Origin: an uncultured bacterium
GTDB lineage: Bacteria; SAR324; NAC60-12
Assembly: GCA_965662235.1 (NCBI GenBank)
Contig: CBFIGY010000016.1
Location: 8,782 to 72,781 of the forward strand
Direction of reading: 5' to 3'
Length of the DNA: 64,000 bases
A program made the translations under genes and the position numbers. Below the pieces are notes generated by a model. That model was given only the letters and a program-made list of their open reading frames with translations, was not told where the DNA came from and did no database searches. Positions within the stretch are counted from its first letter, which is position 1; each line of letters begins with the position of its first letter. This document shows, piece by piece, positions 1 to 7,798 of this stretch.

Positions 1-2
1 AA

Positions 3-1181
3 CTGCTTCGTACCGCGGCGATCCTTACGACTGCGTTGGTCCCGACCTTGGCGGCAGCAGATGTGCAAATGGGAATCCTCTTGGGCTTTACCGGTCCCAT
101 CGAATCCCTGACCCCAGGCATGGCGGCTTCTGCAGAACTGGCCTTCAAGGAGGCCTCAGACTCCGGAGCCTTCTTGGGCGGTCAGAAGATCAACGTGACC
201 CGCGCAGACTCCACCTGCATTGACGCTGCCGCCGCAACGGCCGCCGCGGAACGCTTAGTGACTGCGGACAAGATTGCCGGCCTCATGGGCGCCGACTGCT
301 CTGGAGTCACCATTGCCGTGGCGAATAACGTGGGCGTGCCCAACGGGGTGACGATGATTTCTCCGTCGGCCACCTCACCGGCGCTGACGGACCTTGACGA
401 CCGGGGCTACTTCTTCCGGACGGCACCTTCCGATGCGCGTCAGGGACAGGTGCTGGCACAGGTGACCATGGACCGAGGCGTGAAGAGCGTCGCCGTGACC
501 TACACCAACAATGACTACGGCAAAGGCCTGGCCAGCTCCTTCAGCAGCGCCTTTGAGGCACTCGGAGGAACCGTGACCGCCAGCGTTCCGCACGAAGACG
601 GAAAAGCCGATTATTCGGCTGAAGTGGCCTCTCTGTCTGCTTCCGGGGCCGACGTGCTGGCCGTGTTCGGTTACGTGGACCAGGGAGGAATCCGGATGAT
701 TCAGGCCTCCATGGACGCAGGCGCCTTCGACCAGTTCATCTTCGGAGATGGCATGGTTGGTGAGTCTCTGCTGCAGAACCTAGACGGCGACCTGACCGGT
801 TCCTTTGGGACTCTGCCGGGCTCTGATTCCCCCAGTGCAGCAAAATTTGCAGACTTTGCTCAGGCCAACGGTCTGGACCCGAACGGCCCTTACCGCGGAG
901 AGTCCTATGACGCTGCAGCACTGATGGTCCTAGCGATGCAAGCCGCAGGCTCTGCAGACCGGGCTGCGCTGGCCGGCAAGATCATGGACGTGGCCAATGC
1001 CCCCGGTGAAAAGATTGGTGCCGGAGAATTGGGCAAAGCGCTGAAGATTCTGGCAAACGGTGGAGACATCGACTACGTCGGAGCCACCGATGTTGAGTTC
1101 ACCTCAGTCGGTGAAGCCTCAGGCGCCTACAAGGAGCTTGAGGTGCAAAACAAGGCCTTCACGACCGTGCGGGTCCGCTAA
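3..1181 (+). CDS. Branched-chain amino acid-type ABC transporter substrate-binding protein (5' end truncated by window edge)
   Basis: Peripla_BP_6-like motifs (GADCSG, ISPSATSPALT, FFRTAPSD, NNDYGKG, YDAA). The frame is open upstream to the window edge and encodes a signal-peptide-like LLRTAAILTTALVPTLAAA. Confidence 0.9.
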   Translation: MLRTAAILTTALVPTLAAADVQMGILLGFTGPIESLTPGMAASAELAFKEASDSGAFLGGQKINVTRADSTCIDAAAATAAAERLVTADKIAGLMGADCSGVTIAVANNVGVPNGVTMISPSATSPALTDLDDRGYFFRTAPSDARQGQVLAQVTMDRGVKSVAVTYTNNDYGKGLASSFSSAFEALGGTVTASVPHEDGKADYSAEVASLSASGADVLAVFGYVDQGGIRMIQASMDAGAFDQFIFGDGMVGESLLQNLDGDLTGSFGTLPGSDSPSAAKFADFAQANGLDPNGPYRGESYDAAALMVLAMQAAGSADRAALAGKIMDVANAPGEKIGAGELGKALKILANGGDIDYVGATDVEFTSVGEASGAYKELEVQNKAFTTVRVR

Positions 1182-1192
1182 GTTCAGGTCGC

Positions 1193-1271
1193 TGTTCCGG
1201 ACGCTCTTCTAACGGGAGAGCCCCGGAACCCGCGGTCCTCCACAGCCGGTTCCTCCATGCAGGGAGCCGGC
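1193..1271 (+). terminator. Two GC-rich hairpins after the binding-protein gene (possible terminator or mRNA-stabilising elements)
   Basis: GTTCCGG..CCGGAAC enclosing GCTCT..AGAGC, then AGCCGG..CCGGCT. No strong U-tract. Confidence 0.35.
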
Positions 1272-1497
1272 TTCTTGCAGAAGATTTCGGGTGGCTTGCC
1301 CCTGGCTGGAGGTTGTGGAACCGTTCTTGCTTGATGTCGTCCTGAGAAAAGGTCCCGTGAAATTCCGCCTTTTCAGGCAAGTGCGTTTGTGTTATTCAAT
1401 TTTGTTGCGTTGATCCAGAAAGCTCGATTTCCTCAAGTCCCCAACGGGGGTTTCGGGAAGTTGATGCCCCAATAGTTCACACCCAAGCTCATTGACC

Positions 1498-3108
1498 ATG
1501 GCCGACCAAGCCAACCTTATCCAAGACGTCCGGTTACAGTTTCAGGATTTCTTCGGATCGCTCAGTCTCGGCAAGCGAATCACCATCCTCGGCGCCCTCG
1601 CCGTCATCTTGATCGGCATGGTCAGCCTGATTGTGGTCGCGAACCGTCCCACTTGGGCCCCCCTCTATTCCAACTTGGATCCCGCAGACGCGGCGAAGAT
1701 CACGACCAAGCTCCAGGAAAGTCAAATTCCCTACCTGCTGGCGCCCGGAGGTGGCACCATCATGGTCGATCCGCAGATGGTGGATCAGGCCCGCCTGACC
1801 CTGGCGCAGCAGAAGGTCCTCCCCGGCAGCGGAGTGGGCTTCATGGACCTCTTTGCCGCCCCGAGTCTGGGAGAGACGGAGTTCCAGCAGCAGGTCAAGT
1901 TCCGGGTGGCACAGGAAGGGGAACTCGCTCGCCTGATCAGTCAGCTGGACATGGTCCGGAATGCCAAGGTCTCCTTGGCGATTCCTCAGAAGAGCCTCTT
2001 TTCCGATGCCCAGGAACAGCCGACGGCAGCCGTTGCGCTGAACCTGAATAGCGGAAGCATTTCCCGGAATCAGGTGGAAACCATTGTCCACCTTGTGGCC
2101 GGCGCCGTGGAAGGCATGGACATCAAGAGCGTCCGGGTGACCGATCAGACCGGACAGCTTCTCAGCCGTGGCATCACGGATGAAAGCATGGGCGGCAACA
2201 TTGGTGACAACTACGCCTACAAGCGTCGCTTTGAGCAGGAGCTGGAGCTGAAGATCCGGAACCAGCTGGAAGAAATCGTGGGCGACGGCCGGGTGAAGGT
2301 CATCGTTTCCGCGGCCATGCGCTTTGACCGTGAGACGATCAAGGAGCAGTTGATTGATCCGGACCAGACCAGCGTCGTCAGTGAGCAGCTCGTTGACGAA
2401 GCGTCCACAGGCTCGCGCTCTGTCCCAGTGGGACCGGCAGGCGTCACCACCAACCTTCCGGAAGCGACCGGTCGAGAAGCCGCCACCGTGTCAGAATTCA
2501 CCAAAAAGAACTCCACCCGGAACTTTGAGACCAGCCGACGGGAAATCCTCAAGGAAGCCGCAATTGGCGAGGTCCTCCGTCTGAGCGTCTCGGTGCTCTT
2601 GGACAACAAGCGTCCGCAGATCCTAGATGAGAACGGAAACTTCATTGGCCGGGACAACATCAAGTGGACCGAGGCGGAGAAGGAGATCATTGTCAGCTTG
2701 GTCCGAGCAGCCATTGGTTTCAATCAGACCCGTGGAGACGAGGTCTTTGTTGGGAACATGCCCTTTGGAAAAGCGGTTGAAGAGGACAAGGCGGCTGAAA
2801 TTGAGCGGACCCGCGTCCGGAACCAGTTCATCCTCGACATCGTCCGCTACGTGGCTCTGGGCATCGCGGTCATGGCCCTCATCATGCTGGTCATCCGCCC
2901 GATGGTTCAGCGCCTCAGCGCCAAGCCGGCCGACCTCGACCTGCTCATGGGCCTCCCGGCCACCATTGGCGAGCTGGAGGGCGAAGAGCTCGAGATTCCG
3001 ACCGAACGCGAATCCGGAATTCCTCCGCGCGACAAGATCATCGAGATTGCCAAGCAGGACGCCCTCAAGACCGCATCGCTTGTCCGGACCTGGCTCCGCG
3101 AAAAGTAA
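1498..3108 (+). CDS. fliF: Flagellar MS-ring protein FliF
   Basis: N-terminal TM, PLYSNL..DAAKI, G-x-T-x-F-x-Q, EGELARLI, RLSVSV, second TM, C-terminal ..SLVRTWL. Confidence 0.95.
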   Translation: MADQANLIQDVRLQFQDFFGSLSLGKRITILGALAVILIGMVSLIVVANRPTWAPLYSNLDPADAAKITTKLQESQIPYLLAPGGGTIMVDPQMVDQARLTLAQQKVLPGSGVGFMDLFAAPSLGETEFQQQVKFRVAQEGELARLISQLDMVRNAKVSLAIPQKSLFSDAQEQPTAAVALNLNSGSISRNQVETIVHLVAGAVEGMDIKSVRVTDQTGQLLSRGITDESMGGNIGDNYAYKRRFEQELELKIRNQLEEIVGDGRVKVIVSAAMRFDRETIKEQLIDPDQTSVVSEQLVDEASTGSRSVPVGPAGVTTNLPEATGREAATVSEFTKKNSTRNFETSRREILKEAAIGEVLRLSVSVLLDNKRPQILDENGNFIGRDNIKWTEAEKEIIVSLVRAAIGFNQTRGDEVFVGNMPFGKAVEEDKAAEIERTRVRNQFILDIVRYVALGIAVMALIMLVIRPMVQRLSAKPADLDLLMGLPATIGELEGEELEIPTERESGIPPRDKIIEIAKQDALKTASLVRTWLREK

Positions 3109-3182
3109 GACCCTGGACAGAAGCCTCCGGATGCTCCGGAGCGCTTCTGTTGCTTTCCTGAACGCCTTCCCAATCCCCACCC

Positions 3183-4232
3183 ATGCCGGGCGACGCATTC
3201 GAGCCATTTCACCTCCGGGACTTTACCGACCTGTCTGCTGAAGCGGAGGCACCTGCAGCGGATGCTTCTGAAGAAGGACACGCCGAATCCTTCGAGCCCC
3301 TGGACCTATCTTCTCGTGAAATTGACACCACCTCCTTTGAGCTCCAGGAGCAGCAGCTCACGGATGATCAGAAGGTGTCGCTTTCGACCCACTTCTCCAA
3401 CGAAAGCTTTACCCGCGAAGACAGCCTGCTGACCAACGCCGAAAGTTACGCGGCAACGGTCCGGGAAGGCGCGGAACTGTACCGTCAGCAGCTGGTGGCA
3501 CAGGTGGAGGCCGAGAACCAAAAGGCCCGCAAGCTCCGGCAGGAAACCGAACAGATCCGGGCCCAGGCCGACGAGGAGCGCGTCCGGATGATCCGGGAAG
3601 CAGAGGCCGAAGTGCAGGCCATCAAGGATCAGGCCTATGGGGAGGGGTTTGAGCAAGGACGTTTAGAGGGGCTGGAACAGCGTTACCAAGAAGCCGCGCC
3701 GCTTGTCGAGCAGTCCGAACAGGTGCTGGAGCAGCTCCGGGGGCTTCGGCACTTGGTCCGCTTTCAAGCCGAGCAGGAGCTGGTGCAGCTTTCCGTGGTG
3801 ATTGCGAAGAAGGTGGTGATTGAGGAACTGCAGGTCAATCCGGAGGTCATCATCGGCATCACCCAGGCCGCGCTCAAGGAGCTTCACTCTAAGGGCAAAA
3901 TCATCGCCTACCTGCACCCCGACTGCTACGACTTCCTGAAAAACAGTGGCGCCAACCTGGAGCAATTCTTGGATGAGGAGCAGTCCTTGACCCTGAAGCC
4001 TTCAGCTGATGTGCAGCCGGGAGCGGTCTCCATTGAGTCGGATGAGGAGGTGGTCAATCACTCCTTCCAGAACCAGTTTGAAGAGCTCGAAAACCTGCTC
4101 AGCCAGAAGCTGCTGGAGCGCTACGCCCGGATGAATGACGTGGACATGGACGCCTATGACTTTGGCGGAGGAACCGCCACACCGGGTGAGCCGCCCGCCC
4201 TCGCAGAGGATCCGGCAGGAGAGCCGGCATGA
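3183..4232 (+). CDS. fliH: Flagellar assembly protein FliH
   Basis: AYGEGFEQGRLEG (GxxxG repeat), coiled coil, LHPD; overlaps the fliI start. Confidence 0.85.
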   Translation: MPGDAFEPFHLRDFTDLSAEAEAPAADASEEGHAESFEPLDLSSREIDTTSFELQEQQLTDDQKVSLSTHFSNESFTREDSLLTNAESYAATVREGAELYRQQLVAQVEAENQKARKLRQETEQIRAQADEERVRMIREAEAEVQAIKDQAYGEGFEQGRLEGLEQRYQEAAPLVEQSEQVLEQLRGLRHLVRFQAEQELVQLSVVIAKKVVIEELQVNPEVIIGITQAALKELHSKGKIIAYLHPDCYDFLKNSGANLEQFLDEEQSLTLKPSADVQPGAVSIESDEEVVNHSFQNQFEELENLLSQKLLERYARMNDVDMDAYDFGGGTATPGEPPALAEDPAGEPA

Positions 4233-5566
4233 GCGGACTCCCGGTTTATCCCACTCTGCAGGACTACCATGACGCCATCCTCAATAGCCCCACCATCCGC
4301 AGAGAGGGACGTGTCACCCAGGTGATCGGGCACATGGTTGAGTCGACCAACCCGGGCTGTTCCGTCGGCACCCTCTGCCGCATCCTCAATACCCGCACCC
4401 ATCAGCAGATTCCAGCCGAGGTGGTCGGTTTGCGCAATGAGCGCATCCTCGTCATGCCCCTGAGTCACGCCCAAGGCATTGGCCCGCACTGTCGTGTGAT
4501 TGCCGAGGAGCGCCCGGCCATGGTTCCGGTAGGAGAGCAGATGCTGGGGCGCGTGTTTGACCCCCTGATGCGTCCCATTGACGACTTGGGCGAGCTGGTC
4601 ACCAATCACGAGATGCCGCTCTATCCTCAGGTGATCAACCCCCTGAAGCGAGAGCGCATCAAGAGTCCACTGGATGTCGGCATCCGCGCCATCAACGCGA
4701 CCCTGACCTGCGGAAGAGGACAGCGGGTGGGCATCATGGCCGGTTCTGGAGTGGGAAAGTCCGTGTTGCTGGGAATGATGGCCCGCTACACCGACGCAGA
4801 CGTCAACGTTATCTCCCTCATTGGTGAGCGGGGAAAAGAGGTCCGGGAGTTCATTGAAGACAACCTGGGCGAGGAAGGACTGCGGCGTTCCGTTGTCGTG
4901 GTGGCAACCTCAGACCAGCCTCCGCTGCTGAGGATGCGTGGCGCCTACGTTGCAACCGCCATTGCCGAGTACTTCCGAGGAGAGGGACTGGACGTGCTGC
5001 TCTCAATGGACTCACTGACCCGTTTTGCCATGGCTCAGCGAGAGATTGGTCTGGCCGCCGGAGAGCCTCCGACAACGAAAGGTTACCCGCCATCGGTGTT
5101 TGCACTGCTGCCCAGCCTGCTGGAACGGGCCGGAACCCATCAGGGCCCAGGGTCCATTACCGGATTTTACACCGTCTTGGTGGAAGGAGACGACACCAAC
5201 GACCCCATCGGAGACGCGGTCCGCTCCATTGTCGACGGACACATTGTCCTGAGCCGGGATCTGGCCGCCAAGGGCATCTATCCCGCGATCGACCTGCTGG
5301 TTTCCTCAAGCCGGGTGATGGTGGATGTGGTTCCGAGGAGCTTCCGGCAGCTGTCCCAGATTTTCCGCCGGACCCTTGCGACCTACCGAGAAGCTGAGGA
5401 CCTCATCAACATTGGCGCCTACGTTCAGGGCAGCAACCCAGAGATCGACTACTCGCTTTCCAAGCACTCCATGATCATGGATTTCCTCAATCAGGACATG
5501 GAGGAGCAGACCTCGCTGGCCGAGTGCGAGGCCCGCATGCAGCACATGTTCGGAGACCGCATGTAA
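4229..5566 (+). CDS. fliI: Flagellar export ATPase FliI
   Basis: Walker A AGSGVGKS, LIGERGKEV, MDSLTRFAMAQREIGL, GEPPTTKGYPPS, DGHIVLSR. Confidence 0.97.
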   Translation: MSGLPVYPTLQDYHDAILNSPTIRREGRVTQVIGHMVESTNPGCSVGTLCRILNTRTHQQIPAEVVGLRNERILVMPLSHAQGIGPHCRVIAEERPAMVPVGEQMLGRVFDPLMRPIDDLGELVTNHEMPLYPQVINPLKRERIKSPLDVGIRAINATLTCGRGQRVGIMAGSGVGKSVLLGMMARYTDADVNVISLIGERGKEVREFIEDNLGEEGLRRSVVVVATSDQPPLLRMRGAYVATAIAEYFRGEGLDVLLSMDSLTRFAMAQREIGLAAGEPPTTKGYPPSVFALLPSLLERAGTHQGPGSITGFYTVLVEGDDTNDPIGDAVRSIVDGHIVLSRDLAAKGIYPAIDLLVSSSRVMVDVVPRSFRQLSQIFRRTLATYREAEDLINIGAYVQGSNPEIDYSLSKHSMIMDFLNQDMEEQTSLAECEARMQHMFGDRM

Positions 5567-5596
5567 GACGGGCCCCGTTAGGAGCCCACACCGACT

Positions 5597-6106
5597 TCAG
5601 TCCTCCAGACTGAAGGTTCCAGCGTCCTTCGCACTTTCCTTCACCAGCGTCACAAAATCGTTGATCGCCTCCTGCTCTTCCTCAGAGAGGGCTTTGTTGC
5701 CCCAGAAGCTACCTCCGGAGGCATTGCCGACGATCTGCCCCAAGCGGATGAGGTCTTCCGCAAACATCTTCACCTGCGCTTCCTCCAGTCGCCGGAACAG
5801 GGACTGAAACACCAAACGGACGCTTTCCGGATCCTTGGTGAGCTTCTTCTGCTCAAAGCGCACCCGCAGGTCCGGAAGGTTCGCAATTGTTTCTCGAACG
5901 ACTCCCTTGAGGTAGGGGCTCCGGAAGTTCGACTTGTCTTCCAACGCACGGGTGAACTCTAAAAACTCTTCTGCGTCAATCTTTCCATCCGCACTGGCCA
6001 CCATGAGGAAGACCTGGAAGGGAAGCTGGATGACCAGTTGGTGAAACTTCTCATTGCTGAGTGGAGCCTTTTCCTCGGCAGAGGACTCTGAAGCATTTTC
6101 AGTCAT
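5597..6106 (-). CDS. TerB-like domain protein
   Basis: VASADGKIDAEE TerB-type motif; second half-site NASGG..LSEEE. Confidence 0.6.
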   Translation of the reverse strand: MTENASESSAEEKAPLSNEKFHQLVIQLPFQVFLMVASADGKIDAEEFLEFTRALEDKSNFRSPYLKGVVRETIANLPDLRVRFEQKKLTKDPESVRLVFQSLFRRLEEAQVKMFAEDLIRLGQIVGNASGGSFWGNKALSEEEQEAINDFVTLVKESAKDAGTFSLED

Positions 6107-6113
6107 GGGACGG

Positions 6114-6677
6114 TTACGAGGTTTTTGGTGAATCAGAGGACTGGTCCTTGTTGAGTTCTGCCTCCAGGGCCTGCTGAGCCGCTAAGAGCTCCTGCTTGGC
6201 CATTGCATGAAAGTCCTCCAGAACCGCCGACTCCACCTTGCTGACTCCAGAGCTGTAGAAAAAGCTCCCAGACGCATCAGCAATGGCGGTGGCCAGGCGC
6301 TCGAGGTCTTCATTGAAATCGACCGCACTCTGGTGAGGCAGCCGAGTGTTGATGTACTGCAGGATGCTGCGCATCCACTCGTTGTCTTGGTTCAGCTCGC
6401 CCTTGCGGAGTCGCACCAGCAGCTCGTCCTTCGACTCAAAGGTCTTCCGGAACAGCCAGCGGCTGTAGGGCGTTTTGCAGTACTTGCGTTGCTCAATCCA
6501 TTGAAAGAAAACGTTGAACTCGTCATCGTCCATGGTACCGTCGGCACCGGCGACTTTCAGGAAAATCAGGAAGGGAAGTTCCTTCATGGCGGCTTCCCAC
6601 TTGGCCTGTTCCTGGGCTTCCTCGCTTTGTTCTGGGGAAGGTGAGTCCGGGGTTGACGGTTCAGGGGCGTCACTCAT
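6114..6677 (-). CDS. TerB-like domain protein (paralog of neighbour)
   Basis: VAGADGTMDDDE motif; IADASG..VSKVE; aligns by eye with 5597-6106. Confidence 0.6.
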   Translation of the reverse strand: MSDAPEPSTPDSPSPEQSEEAQEQAKWEAAMKELPFLIFLKVAGADGTMDDDEFNVFFQWIEQRKYCKTPYSRWLFRKTFESKDELLVRLRKGELNQDNEWMRSILQYINTRLPHQSAVDFNEDLERLATAIADASGSFFYSSGVSKVESAVLEDFHAMAKQELLAAQQALEAELNKDQSSDSPKTS

Positions 6678-6907
6678 GTTGCTTACCAAATTGAGAGATG
6701 GGGAGACTCTCCAACGTGAAGAGGGTTTGACGATGGAAGACGGGCGACTACACTAGGAGGATGCGCGCTGTTCCGAAGGTTCCATCTGAGCTTCGCGGAA
6801 AGGTTGCACATCCTGAACCAATTCTGAACAGTTTGACCGTTCCAGACCCGGAAATCCACCCCATGTTCGTTTCCCTTCCGCCACTCCGATCCGTTCTCTG
6901 AAACTCC

Positions 6908-7738
6908 ATGAACGTCTACTCCCAAGCCCGCGAGGCCTTGCTGACTCCTGATCCTACCCTGAAGGTGGAACGCACCCTACAGCTCAGGAGTGACTGGGAG
7001 GCCGGTCGGTTGCGTCTGGATCGGTGCCCTGTCGAAGCAATCGCGGTTCCTGGGCGCCCAGATCGTCCGGAGCTGGTGCTTCCCCGGAACCTGAAGAAGC
7101 GCAAGCTCAGCACCCCGGAAGGACGGGCGGTCTTGATTCACGCGTTGGCGCACATTGAGTTCAACGCCATCAACCTGGCACTGGACGCGGTGTACCGCTT
7201 TCAGCAAATGCCAACGGACTACATCGCGGACTGGCTCCGAGTGGCGGCCGAAGAAGCCCGGCACTTCAGCCTGCTGCGTCAGCGGCTCCATGACCATGGA
7301 GTGGACTACGGAGACTTCCCGGCTCATAACGGGCTCTGGTCGATGGCCTGCAAAACCGATCACGATCCCCTGGAACGCATGGCCTTGGTGCCTCGTGTGA
7401 TGGAGGCGCGGGGATTGGACGTCACTCCTGGAATGATCACGCGTCTGGAAACGCTGGGCGACTCAGAAACCGCTGCTGTCCTGAAGATCATCTGGACCGA
7501 CGAAGTCACGCACGTGGAAATCGGCAACCGCTGGTACCACCACCTCTGTCAGGAACAAAGCCTAGATCCGGAGACCACGTTTTATGCCCTAGTGGATCAG
7601 CACATGCCCGGAGGCCTCCGGGGCCCGTTTCACCTAGAAGGACGACGTCAGGCCGGATTTTCTGAAACCGAGTTGGCCCGCCTGCAGGCGCAGGATGCCA
7701 CTCCTGCCTTGCACTCCTCCTCCGGATCAGTAGCTTGA
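6908..7738 (+). CDS. Ferritin-like domain protein (DUF455 family)
   Basis: HALAHIEFNAINLALD, EEARHF, VPRVMEARGLD, DEVTHV di-iron motifs. Confidence 0.9.
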   Translation: MNVYSQAREALLTPDPTLKVERTLQLRSDWEAGRLRLDRCPVEAIAVPGRPDRPELVLPRNLKKRKLSTPEGRAVLIHALAHIEFNAINLALDAVYRFQQMPTDYIADWLRVAAEEARHFSLLRQRLHDHGVDYGDFPAHNGLWSMACKTDHDPLERMALVPRVMEARGLDVTPGMITRLETLGDSETAAVLKIIWTDEVTHVEIGNRWYHHLCQEQSLDPETTFYALVDQHMPGGLRGPFHLEGRRQAGFSETELARLQAQDATPALHSSSGSVA

Positions 7739-7798
7739 ACCTCGGCTCCTCCGGGAGCGGTGCACCAACCGGACTCAATCCCCTTACGCTCGACCTCC

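Noticed and set aside
5567..5596. Invertible-element boundary after fliI
   Set aside because: No inverted copy near fliJ and no recombinase in the window.
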